A program made the position numbers and the translations under genes. A stretch of DNA of 63,769 nucleotides, counting the filler, from Octopus bimaculoides (lineage: Eukaryota), in NCBI RefSeq assembly GCF_001194135.2. It is 4 parts of 4 records of this genome, joined end to end, with 100 filler letters (N's around TTAATTAATTAA, not from the genome) between each part and the next. Parts side by side here need not be neighbours in the genome. Positions count along the whole stretch, not along the records: positions 21,073 to 48,672 come from NC_068996.1; positions 48,773 to 62,589 come from NC_068981.1; 2 more parts are not named here. One strand, written 5' to 3'. The stretch's first letter is position 1. The number at the start of each line of letters is the position of its first letter. Shown in pieces: positions 36,954 through 49,420 of this stretch. A model generated the notes under the pieces. That model was not told the DNA's origin. It saw nothing but the letters and a program-made list of their open reading frames with translations, and did no database searches.

Positions 36954-37141
36954 TCTGATGTCAAAACTTTTGAACAACTAACATTGTTACCCAAATCGCA
37001 AACAGCTTTGAAAGTTGGATCTGCTTCTTTCCGGATTTCTACATAAAGTGCATAGATGCTGAGAAGAATACCCACAAAACTGAATATGATTCTATCTGTT
37101 GAGTTGTCCAAGAAAAAATAATAGATCTGGGCAGCTTCCAT
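36954..37141 (-). CDS. VKORC1: VKOR first coding exon
   Basis: MEAAQ...GILLSIYALYVEIRKEADPTFKAVCDLGNNVSCSKVLTSE with loop cysteines C-x7-C, and a phase-2 donor GA|gtaagt as in vertebrate exon 1. It is preceded by an acceptor (ttttaag| at 37150) and an 8-nt UTR, so an upstream non-coding exon is implied. The spliced CDS is 492 nt = 163 aa. Invertebrate VKOR is co-orthologous to VKORC1 and VKORC1L1. Confidence 0.95.
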
Positions 37142-37695
37142 GGTTTGATCTTAAAATGAAACAAAAAAGAGAAGGAAAAAAAAATGAAAAGTACCTGAAA
37201 CTATAACAATGATTTAAGGAATTAAAAGATTAATGGATAGAAAATTAAAGGATTAAAAGATTAATGGCTGGTCACTCAGTTGAGCCAGCACGGAAAGACC
37301 CCTTTTGCCTCATACATTCTTTTCAATCACTTGCCTCTTGCAATAGAGTATATTATGCAGTTAAGAAATTCATTTCCCAACCATGTGGTTACAGGTTCAG
37401 TCCCACTGCGTGGCACCTTGGGCAAGTGTCTTCTACTATAGCCTCAGGCTGACCAAAGCCTTGTGAGTGGATTTAGTAGATGGAAACTGAAAGAAGCCCA
37501 TAGTATTTGTGTGTGTGTGTGATATGTGCATGTGTATATATATATGTTTGTTTACATTTGTACTTCATTGAAAATACTGAATTGCTGTAGTAACGTTATT
37601 GTCATTTCCTCCGTTCTCAAATTATTTTTGGTGGAATCATGTCTTCTAAGACATCTGGATTAAAAGATACTTTACTTGATAAACAAACAAGGTAT

Positions 37696-38084
37696 AGGCA
37701 CAGGAGTGGCTGTATAGTAAGTAGCTTGCTTACCAATCATATGGTTCCGGGTTCATTCCCACTGCGTGGCACCTTGGGCAAGTGTCTTCTACTATAGCCT
37801 TGGGCCGACCAAAGCCTTGTAAGTGGATTTGGTAGACAGAAACTGAAAGAAGCCCGTCGTATATATATATGTGTGTATATGTTTGTGTGTCTGTGTTTGT
37901 TCCCTCAACATCGCTTGACAACCGATGGTGGTGTGTTTACATCCCCGTAACTTAGCGGTTCGGCAAAAGAGACCGATAGAATAAGTACTAGGCTTCCAAA
38001 GAATAAGTCCTGGGGTTGATTTGCTCGACTAAAGGTGGTGCTCCAGCATGGCCGCAGTCAAATGCCTGAAACAAGTAAAAGAGC
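37696..38084 (+). mobile_element. SINE family 1 whose tail is interrupted by an LTR element
   Basis: Full head and body; the tail aagtaaaagagc runs directly into the LTR. Confidence 0.9.
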
Positions 38085-40231
38085 TGTAGTGGCGCCTAAT
38101 ATCAGTCGCCATTCTGGAGTTTATCCACGCATGCGCAGGGACTAGTTCCGGAAGGAATACAGGAAGAGTCTCATGAGCATGCGTAGTCATTCAATATCCA
38201 AGTGTTCCCGCATATTTCTACCTCTTTTGACGCTGAACTTCGTGGAAGCTAGACGTCACAATAGCAGCACTCCGACAACTCTACAATGGAGCCACATAGA
38301 CAAACAGAGAGGAGAAAAATTACTTCTAACCACGCAACTTCATTGACGGCGTCTCATCTAACCAAAAGGCGACATGCTACCGAATTCCCTCCTAGAGTGA
38401 GCAGTATTCTACTGTAATAAAATATTTGTTGTGTTGTTAGTTTAGAGTCTGCGTTCCGTTTTCTTCATTAAGAAATTTAATGTACGGAATTGGAATACAC
38501 CTAATGGTGTATAACCCGATACCTACAACTGGTGACCCAGAATCAAGAACAAATGCAGCCCGAAAACTCTGAACTACCGACCACAATACTACACAAGCCG
38601 TCGCCTGTCTCACACATGCTTTCCACAGTAGCCTTAGACCGCGAGACAAGACAAACAACTGAACAGTAATTTTCCACCCGACTTCACATGCCTTTTTCAT
38701 GGTTCCTTTTGAATCGCTATATTTCACCACAGACGTTGCTTTTGACTTTGTCTAGCAGGACAGCCTTATAAACAAACACAGACTCGCACACATTTAATTT
38801 TTTGCCCTGTTTTATTGTGTTATATTTCCCTTTCAGCGCGACAAGGTGGGTGATATTATGTTCCTGCATACAGTACACAAAAGCAACACACATACACACT
38901 AAGAAAAAAAAAAAAAAAGGCAAACACAATTGTTTTCTTTACGAAAATTTTTTTTTTCTCTCTCTTTTGTGCACACCGTAACTTACAAGAACACGAAAAA
39001 TATTGTGTCTTTTCTTTTTGGCCCAACATGCGGGCGGTCAATCACCACTCGGGCATGCTCTTGCTTGAAGTGCCAGAGTGCAAAAGTCCACCGGCACGTT
39101 CGTGCTCCACTTGGACAATTTCCATCCACTGAGGCCCGTTTCCGTCACGTCCACCTTGATTTGGTTGGACCGTTGCCAGTGAGTCGCGGCTTCAGATCTC
39201 TCACTGGTCTGGTTGTTGACCACACACATGTTGCGGCTTCAGATCTCTCACAGGTCTGGTCGTTGACCACACACATACAGAACACAGCTACAGCCAGTTC
39301 CAGCGCCGACGTTTTCACCACCAATGTACTGTCTACCACAATGTCGTGCGCCAGCAACCCCACCACCAGGGACACACCAATATCAACAAACCAGGTTTTA
39401 TCGACGCTGTTGAGTGGAGTATCCACTCACGAACAACAGTCAGAACTAACCAGCCAGAATATTCTGTACCAGGTAACACAGGTCAGCATTCGACGCTCAA
39501 CACACAGTGTGATATTACAGCTCTGCTCCTTGACCACAACTTCCTGCGTATGAACATTCTATCTCCTTGTGTAACTTTAATATGAACTGGTTTTCTCTAT
39601 CTCAGTGTTTTAAAACTTTTCACAGTCTATGTTACAGACACTTTTACTATGTTCTGTGTTTCTCTCACACACACACTTGTGCACTCATATATTTGTGCCA
39701 CATCTTGTGGGTGGTTTTGGTAGCCATCTTGCCTCAGGCGCCACTCCAATTTTTCCATTTTCGTGCTTCTGCACTCGAGGGGGAGCCATGTAGTAGCGCC
39801 TAATATCAGTCGCCATTCTGGAGTTTATCCACGCATGCGCAGAGACTAGTTCCGGAAGGAATACAGGAAGAATCTCATGAGCATGCGTAGTCATTCAATA
39901 TCCAAGCGTTCCCGCGTATTTCTACCTCTTTTGACGCTGAACTTCGTGGAAGCTAGACGTCACAATAGCAGCACTCCGACAACTCTACAATGGAACCACA
40001 TAGACAACCAGAGAGGAGAAAAATTACTTCTAACCACGCAACTTCATCGACGGCGTCTCATCTAACCAAAAGGCGACATGCTACCGAATTCCCTCCTAGA
40101 GTGAGCAGAATTCTACTGTAATAAAATATTTGTTGTGTTGTTAGTTTAGAGTCTGCGTTCCGTTTTCTTCCTTAAGAAATTTAATGTACGGAATTGGGAT
40201 ACACCTGATGGTGTATAACCCGATACCTACA
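38085..40231 (+). mobile_element. Internally deleted Gypsy LTR retrotransposon with intact cis signals
   Basis: Two 443-bp LTRs (38085-38527, 39789-40231; TGTAG...CTACA; 12 substitutions by manual comparison), PBS TGGTGACCC at 38530, PPT GAGGGGGAGCCA before the 3' LTR, 4-bp TSD GAGC, integrase remnant CLKCQSAKVHRHVRAPLGQFPSTEARFRHVHLDLVGPLP. Confidence 0.92.
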
Positions 40232-40584
40232 GAGCAAAGGTTTAAAGGCAGGAAAGGCACCCAGACATAAAACAATCACTCAATAATGCATTCATCTAAC
40301 TCACACCAGCATAGAAAAGAAGAAGAGTTAAAAATGAATGAACAAATAACATCTGACAGGAAAAGAGAAAGAAAACTATATTTATAGTTATCTCAAAACA
40401 AATATTGCAGTAAGTTGCCTATTGATAGCATGTATTAATTCAATATGTTATATCTTTTATCTTTTACTTGTTTCAGTCATTAGACTTGAGTCAATGAGAC
40501 ATTTTTTAGCCATTAGACATGCTAAAAATAGCAGCCTGAATGCCTTCACATCACACCCACCATACAAAGACACGAAAAGAAATA

Positions 40585-40886
40585 CAGTAGAATCTCGGTT
40601 TAAAATTTAATTCATTGCTGAAGGATGCTTCTCACTTGAAATGTTTATAAACTGAAACTATTTTTCCCATAAGAAATTGAAAGAAAAGCTCAGTGAATTT
40701 AAGTGGGGATGTACACTGAGTGAAAGCTAGACAGCAACTAACACTCTCTTTGTTACTCCCAGCTTGTCACCAACAATTGTTGCTGGCTTGCATGTTCATT
40801 ACTTGTGACATCGTTCGTAACCCGAAAAATTGTCCATAAACCATTTTTTTCATGATGAGATGTGTTCACAAATTGAGCTTCTACTG
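40585..40886. mobile_element. Tigger-type MITE
   Basis: TA|CAGTAGAATCTC ... GAGCTTCTACTG|TA. Confidence 0.7.
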
Positions 40887-41057
40887 TACTGAACAGCATA
40901 ATGTTACATATATCTGAATAAAAGGCAGTATTGTCATGGCTGGAAAGTCTTTAATCACAGATCTACTGAAACAGAACTGCCATGAGGCTAAACAATAAAA
41001 AAAAAAAGTAAACCCAAATATTTTAGTGAATTTATTTATTGTCTTTGTAGTCTAGAG

Positions 41058-41342
41058 CAGGGGTTTTCAAACTTTTTGACTTGCGGACCCCTTTATATTT
41101 CAGGCTTTACCCTTATAAATGCTTATGAAATTTATACATAAATATTTGCTTAAAATAACATATATTTTTACATTTATTTATTTAACAGTATTTAACAAAT
41201 AGGTTTATTGTCAATTAAAAGATTTCAATTAAAAAACATATATAAAATCAAATTGCCCATAAAAAGTATTTGCTGTCCACGGACTCCTGTCTTGTCCTTG
41301 CGAACCCCCTGTGGTCTGCGGACCACAGTTTGAAAACCCCTG
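41058..41342. mobile_element. hAT (Charlie-type) MITE
   Basis: TIRs CAGGGGTTTTCAAACT / AGTTTGAAAACCCCTG, TSD GTCTAGAG / GTCTAGAC (7/8, fitting the nTCTAGAn preference). Confidence 0.9.
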
Positions 41343-43704
41343 GTCTAGACAATAAAGTCAGTGTAACCATCATACAGCTTCCAAATTTGAGTAGTTGGTC
41401 TCTATTAAAAAAAAATAAGCATTTGAAGCTCTTATTGAAGATGTCTGTTACATGTCATTGTAAGCTGTATTGATGATACCCAACTATTAATGATATTTCT
41501 GGGTATTTTTAGCTAACCACTTGAGGTCGTAACCAAGGATACTACATGGAAATAAAGACAGAGAACAAGTCAGATGAACTGACTCAAGCCTGGCTAGTTT
41601 CTTTCTCTCTCTCTCTTTACACAAAAGCAGTTGTTAGCCATGGAGAAATGCCAATATTTCATTCAACATACACACCTGCCTCTACACCAAAAATGTGTGA
41701 GTAGAACAGGTGTTTTACTTAGTAGTTTGTGGTGCAGTGCCATGTGGTTTATTGTGGCGTGGTGTAGTATAGTTTTATATTTAAAAGATGTGGAATTATG
41801 TACATTATTTACATTTGACGGATATTCATCCTCATCTTGTTTGTTGTTAACACAACGTTTTGGCTGATATACCCTCCAGCCTTCATTAGGTATCTTGGGA
41901 AAATTTCGAACCTGGGTTCTCATTCCTAAGGTATTTTTCGATGTTATTATTATTATCATTATTATTATTCAGGTCACTGCCTGGAATCTTGGGGTTAGTA
42001 GCCCACGCTCTTAACCACTATGCTATATGCCCATGTCACGAAAACATAAACTTTTGTTGGAGGAGACCCAAACTTGTTAAATAGATATCAATACATGAAT
42101 GGTATTTTTTATCCTCCACCTACCCCTGGAAGGATAAAAAAAATGAAGTAGACCTCAGTAGGATTTGAACCTGGAATGTAAATTTATCTAACTTTTAAGT
42201 TAAATACAAAGCATTTTGTCCATTGCACTACATGTACACAGATAATATTTTTAACATAGAGCAAATGCTACATATTACTGGAAAGGACACAGACAATAAG
42301 ATAAACACCAGTAAATCACCGGTACATACTGGTGATCCTAGACAAATACAATATAAGGTAAATTCGGTAGGATTTAAAATCAGTATATAAATACCACTAG
42401 ATGGTTTATCTTCTGCTCTACCAATTCTACTGATCTACTCTATCTTTAAATTCAAAGAAATAAGTGTAGGCAAGGTACCATCACTGAATGGTCAACAATT
42501 TCAATTTGCAATTAAGTGGGTGGAGATAGTGGGTGCAATCACACTGCATAGAATCTTGTGTAAGTTCCTTATTTTTTTTTTTTATTATGGCTTTGGTTTC
42601 TGTTCATTAACGAATGTGGGTGGTTGGAAACTGTGTGGAAGCCTGTCAAATGGAACACAGCTGTAATTGAAAGGGCATAATCTTGTGTAGTTTTCTATAT
42701 TGCTAAACAAGCCTGTCTTAGAATTACTTTAAGGGTCAAGTGTCTATGGAACACGCAGCCATTTACATGGTAAATAAACGAACATGTAAATCAGCTGACC
42801 AAATGACTCAATGTTGATTTTTGATATTTATGGAAAGATTTCTAACCTTGGCAGACAGCTTTGAGTAATGTTGAGGGAAGTAACAGTCAATGACATTGAG
42901 CCTGGTATGTGGCTGGTACATTATTTTATTCACCCTGAATAGATTGATCCCAGTGAATCACTGGTACAAAATTTTCATCAACCTTTGAAAAATGAAAATG
43001 CGCATAAAGACAATTGGTTAGCTTTTCTTCCAATTCCATCAATTTAACACCCTAATGTAACACAGGGTGGTACAAAAGTCACCCCCCAAATCTTTTCTTT
43101 CTTTTTCACATCTAATAGGTGTGGTTAGTATCTTGTTAATTTGAAAGTTCATGATTAGAAAATTTTGATTATAACTTTTATTAATCTCAGATTTCCATAA
43201 TAATGCCACATAAAAAGCAGTGGTGCTGGTGCCACCTAAAAAGCACCTGTGATGGTGCCACGTAAAAAGTACCCAGTACTCTTTGTGGAGTGGTTGGTGT
43301 TAGGAAGGGCATCTAGCCATAGAAACCATGTCAAAACAGACAAATGGAGCCTGGTGTGGTCCCTGGGCTTACCAGTTCCTGTCAAGCCATCCAACCCTTG
43401 CCAGCATGGAAAACAGATGTTAAATGATGGTGATGATGATGATGATGTAAAAATACATGATGAAAGAGAGAATAAGAATTGTCCAGTTTTATTAGAAATA
43501 TCAACCTCCAATTAGTTTTAACTGAAAAAAGATTACTTAGGATGGGCCTGGGAGGAACTAACCCCTTTTGGAGAATCTTATTTAAAAATTTTTGCTGCTA
43601 ATTGTTATTGTTTTATTTCATACATGAATATTATGCTGATCCCTACTTCTCCCATTTTGCTTTGTGTCCTGTCCATGTGGCTAATAAAGGAAATATTATC
43701 ATAT

Positions 43705-43935
43705 TTATTTCTTCATTGTCCACAGGGGGCTACACAAAGAAGGGACAAACAAGTACAGACAAAGGGATTAAGTCGATTATATCGACCTCAGTGCGTAACT
43801 GGTACTTAATTTATCGACCCTGAAAGGATGAAAGCCAAAGTCGACCTCGGCGGAATTTGAACTCAGAACGTAGCGGCAGACGAAATACCGCTAAGCATTT
43901 CGCCCGGCGTGCTAACAATTCTGCCAGCTCGCCAT
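43705..43935 (-). mobile_element. SINE family 2, well preserved
   Basis: Reverse complement ggcgagctggcagaattgttagcacgccgggcgaaatgcttagcgg...gttctgagttcaaattccgccgaggtcgac. Confidence 0.75.
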
Positions 43936-44097
43936 CTTTATTATAGGTAGAATGGTTATGGTGTCAGTTGAAGTGTCTTGGTGAATTATTTTTCATCCCT
44001 TTACATTCTGGTTTCAAATCCTGCTGATTTCAACTTTGCATCTCATCCTATTGGGTATTGATAAAATAAAGAACCAGTTTTGTACTTTAATTGTACT

Positions 44098-44484
44098 GAT
44101 TCTTTTCTTCTTTTACTTGTTTCAGTCATTTCACTGCGGCCATGCTGGAGCACCGCCTTTAGTCCAGAAAATCGACCCCAGGACTTATTCTTTTTAAGCC
44201 TAGTACTTATTCTATCAGCCTCTTTTGCCAAACCACTAAGTTACGAGGCCAAGAACACACCAACATCGGTTGTCAAGTGGACATACATATACTCACACAT
44301 CTATATATATTTATATATATATACAACGGGCTTTTAATTTCCATCAACCATATCCACTCACAAGGCTTTGGTTGGCCCAAGGCTATAATAGAAGACACTT
44401 GATCAAGGTGCCACGCAGTGGGACTGAAACCATAACCATGTAGTTGGGAAGCGAGCTACTTACCACACAGCCACTCCTGCGTCT
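44098..44484 (-). mobile_element. SINE family 1
   Basis: Reverse complement of the full consensus. Confidence 0.85.
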
Positions 44485-45870
44485 ATGTCAATGTTATCGA
44501 TTTGCCCCTCCCACTAAAAGTCATTGGCCTGATGCCGAAATTTGAACAATTATTATTATGCATTTTCAATAGGTTTATAGATTTTTCATTGCAACTCCTG
44601 ATGTACTTGCATTGGTAGGGGTCATAGACCTGTTAGAGAAACTGTATGTTGCTAAGATGCATGAAGTGTTCGCTTTATGTTCCATCCAGTTTTGTTGTTG
44701 TATTGTTCTGGGTTGTTTTGTTTTGTTGAAAAATATTTTAATATATGGTGAAATTATTCGTGTAAGTTGTGAAGTCTTTCCAAGTTCATTAACAAATACC
44801 CGGTTATAACTTTGTGTGGTAAGAAACTATGCTGGAGAGAGAGAGAGAGTGAAACAAAGAGAGAGAGAGGGAGGGAGAGCGAGAGAGAGAGCAAAACGTC
44901 CGAAGAGAATTATTGCATAAACAAAAAATATACCACACGTACACATAAATATATTTATAACCCGAATCCTAAACACCGGGTGTGCGCATTCTTTACCATT
45001 GCTCTGTAACGTATATATAAACATATGTACGTTACATATATGTTTATATGTAACGTATATATGCATAATAATGCGCACGCGTGTATACTTCAAAATCAAA
45101 ACAAAGAAACAGGTTCCTGTTATTTGAAGATTAAGATAATCGTTATTATATATATTAGGCGGCGACCAATGCTTCCCTTAACGAATACATCACTAGAAAA
45201 TATTTGTTAAATGATAAAGAAAAAAAAAAACAGGAATAAAAGAAAGTTCGACATAGTAACTAACACAAAATAACTATATTATTGCTATGTTGTAAGAATA
45301 TGAGAGAGTCCTAGTAAAAACATAACCAGCCTAGAATGTGTCTGTGTGTGTGATGCAGGAAAGAGGTTATCATGACTTGTTGCGTAGTCTCATGTCAAAG
45401 TACACAGAGTAAAAACTATGATTGAATACGCTCCAATCAGGACCAACTCGTTCATATTTCGCGTATATTCAACATCACGCACAAAATATAATTATTACTG
45501 GAAGAGTCTTCTATTTTTCAAGACGATATTTTTTACGCTATTTCTAGTAAGTAGGAGGGTGTATAGCTTGCAAATAAAGCGATGGTGTTTTTAATAAACA
45601 GGTGCGTCTAAAAATCAATTAATAAACCGTAGTTGTTAGTGTGTTAACAGAGATAAAAATATCAGAAATTACCTGGTGTGATTTAATGTTGGTGAATGTT
45701 GTTAAGGGAGACAACTGCACAACTCCTTCCAACCAGCTTTCAGTCGTTTCAATGAGTTCACAATAACCGCAATATACTGTGTGTGTGTGTGTACGCGTGC
45801 GTATCTGGTAGTGTAGATGCGTATGCGTTTACGTATGTGTATGAATGTGTGTGTGTATGTATACTTCCTG

Positions 45871-45901
<31 letters not shown>

Positions 45902-46153
45902 CACTTGCTCACGTGTAGGTGTTTGTGTGTATATGTATGTATGCATGTGTGTGGGTGTGTGGGAGTAGTCATGTCTGTGTGTATATAAGTGTGTATATAT
46001 TGTAAAAGAGTATTTGTCATTTTGTTTATGTTACAAAGGAACACAATCTTGCGTGAACATGTGTGTTAACATATATGTTTATATATATTGTGTGTGTATG
46101 CATGTGTGAATGTTCATAAATCTGCCATTTTATGGAACAGTTAATGATTCCCC

Positions 46154-46184
<31 letters not shown>

Positions 46185-46704
46185 GCTTGTGTGTACGCAT
46201 GCTTATCTCAGTGTATGAATCTATGTTCGTGTGGATGTGTGTACGCGAGGGAGGAGCATTAAACAGTGATAAATACAGACACTTAAAAGAAAGCTGCCAA
46301 GAATTCTTCCATTTCATAGCAATAAACACCGAACAAAAATAAGCTTTGTATTTAATTAAGTCTCCTTTTAATGACGTCGTGAGTTCAAACCTTACCTAAA
46401 TCGTTTCTACTTTTCCTTTCCAGTAATGTCCCAACTGTTCAGCTGTTCATATCGATTACACCAGCGTATGTCATTTCCAAAATATGTGTGACATTCTATC
46501 GAAATTGAAAGTAGTCTCTATAAAATTACATTATTAGCCAGATATATTCAATATTTTATACATACATACATACATACAAATACACACGCACGCACACACA
46601 TATGCATAGGTATGCATCTATGTATGCTTACAAGAATCTATGTCAGTGTGGGTGTAAACACATGCACATTTAAAACAAGTGACACTTGTACAAATACAGA
46701 GAAT

Positions 46705-46709
46705 ACGTC

Positions 46710-46782
<73 letters not shown>

Positions 46783-46843
46783 GTCTGTCTGTCAGTCAGT
46801 TTGTCTGTCTGTCTGTCTGTCTGTCTCTCTGTGTGGATATATG

Positions 46844-46874
<31 letters not shown>

Positions 46875-46905
46875 GTATATATATATATGTATATATATAT
46901 ATATA
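46705..46905. repeat. Compound (TATC)n(TGTC)n(TA)n microsatellite
   Basis: Direct reading; runs into a gap. Confidence 0.95.
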
Positions 46906-47566
46906 NNNNNNNNNNNNNNNNNNNNNNNNNNNNNNNNNNNNNNNNNNNNNNNNNNNNNNNNNNNNNNNNNNNNNNNNNNNNNNNNNNNNNNNNNNNNNNN
47001 NNNNNNNNNNNNNNNNNNNNNNNNNNNNNNNNNNNNNNNNNNNNNNNNNNNNNNNNNNNNNNNNNNNNNNNNNNNNNNNNNNNNNNNNNNNNNNNNNNNN
47101 NNNNNNNNNNNNNNNNNNNNNNNNNNNNNNNNNNNNNNNNNNNNNNNNNNNNNNNNNNNNNNNNNNNNNNNNNNNNNNNNNNNNNNNNNNNNNNNNNNNN
47201 NNNNNNNNNNNNNNNNNNNNNNNNNNNNNNNNNNNNNNNNNNNNNNNNNNNNNNNNNNNNNNNNNNNNNNNNNNNNNNNNNNNNNNNNNNNNNNNNNNNN
47301 NNNNNNNNNNNNNNNNNNNNNNNNNNNNNNNNNNNNNNNNNNNNNNNNNNNNNNNNNNNNNNNNNNNNNNNNNNNNNNNNNNNNNNNNNNNNNNNNNNNN
47401 NNNNNNNNNNNNNNNNNNNNNNNNNNNNNNNNNNNNNNNNNNNNNNNNNNNNNNNNNNNNNNNNNNNNNNNNNNNNNNNNNNNNNNNNNNNNNNNNNNNN
47501 NNNNNNTATATATATGCCAGTGTGGAAGACATGATGATGATGATATATGTATATATGTATATATCA

Positions 47567-47604
<38 letters not shown>

Positions 47605-47605
47605 G

Positions 47606-47649
<44 letters not shown>

Positions 47650-48636
47650 TAGAGATAGAGAGAGAGAGAGAAAAAGATAGAGATAGAGAGAGAGAGAAAT
47701 AAAGAGATGGATTGATAGACATAATGTACATATCTCTATATATACATATACATTCTCATGTTTATATTAGGACAAGACCTTAAAAACAGCTTTCTATGGC
47801 ATGATGCACATCCAATCACAAGTACACACACACACACACACATGTTAAGACTAATTCAATGTTTTGTCACGCTTCCAGTTCTGCATATTTTAATTTCAAC
47901 CTCATTAGGGTTTGACTTCAACATTTTCTTTTTTTTTTTCCTCAATCTGGAATAAATGGTGGCAGATAGCAAAATAGGAACTAGTAAAATATTGATTGAG
48001 AATGGATGTTGGGCTAATCAACTATATCTGTCTCTTGCAGGAATTTTATCTTCATCCAGTGGAAAATAAATTCATGTATTTGACACAGATTGGTCAAATG
48101 AGTTGATTGACATGACTATCTCGTTATGATTAAAAAAAAAAAATTCTGGTATAAAAGATAGGACAAAAAAGAGTAATTAAAACATACATACATATATAGA
48201 CACACATACATACATGAATGTGCAGTCAGCAGTTCACCTCAATTCTTACCAATACCAATCCACTTTTGTGGTTGTGGCATTCTTATAATACATTCATGTT
48301 TAGTTGGATAAAAAGAATGCTCATTGGTACTAATACTACTTCTGCCAATAATACTTCATATATATATATATATAAATATGAACAAACTAACTTTTGTTTT
48401 TATAAGCATTGAAATGTGTATTGAATGATACAAATAAAATTTTATTTTTTTCAAATGCAGAATTGCTGTTAGAACAAAGTGGAAAAAATTCTCAACAACC
48501 AGCCATGGGGCATGGACCCACATCCCATGGCCATTTGTTGACAAATGTTTTTGCTTTGTATGGGTAATTTACCCAGTATTTCTACTGATCTAATGGAAAT
48601 TCTACATTAAAAAAAAATATCATCTTATTTGTATTG

Positions 48637-48672
<36 letters not shown>

Positions 48673-48809
48673 NNNNNNNNNNNNNNNNNNNNNNNNNNNN
48701 NNNNNNNNNNNNNNNNTTAATTAATTAANNNNNNNNNNNNNNNNNNNNNNNNNNNNNNNNNNNNNNNNNNNNCATACATACATACATACATACATACATA
48801 CATACATAG

Positions 48810-49420
48810 TTTGTGATAAAGAAATGTCGGCTCTGCTATACCTGTGTAGAAAATATCGCCCGCATCAGCAGCAGCTGCCCCAAAATGTCTAAGAGATATT
48901 GCCTGCCCCTAAGGCATGATATAGTTGCAAAGGCTATTTACATTGCTGTCCGCAGGAAGGTCCGCCTTGACGTATACATCAAAGGCATATCAGAACCAGC
49001 AGGTATACACACCTTCAAAAACAAGAAATACTGGTGGAACATCCCAATAAAAACATCAATTCAGTGCAAAAATAATAGACTTGATATTGTTTTATGGGAT
49101 AGGGAACAAAGGTCATGCACTATTGTAGATGTCAAGTTAATCGACTAAATCTATCGATCAAAATATGTTGTTGTTTTTTTTGTTCTTTTCTTATGGAGCC
49201 TCACATAAATGTGGTTCAAATTATATCATTCGAATCTTAGGAAGTGTACAGAACACGGATATCAGAAGCGTGAAAGTCACTGTCATCTCCATCATTGGAG
49301 TACTACCTTCCATAAAATATTTTTTGTGAAAAAGAAGCCACTGAGGCTTATATAATATAATTTGAAATATAATCTGTAGAAAATAAACGAAAAAGAATCC
49401 ATAAATGATGTATAATGGAC
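48810..49420 (+). mobile_element. Non-LTR retrotransposon C-terminus with CCHC finger and restriction-like endonuclease (R4/NeSL-type)
   Basis: CRLC...ENIARISSSCPKM..RY...RHDIVAK and KNNRLDIVLWDREQRSCTIVDV (degenerate PD..D motif). Confidence 0.75.
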
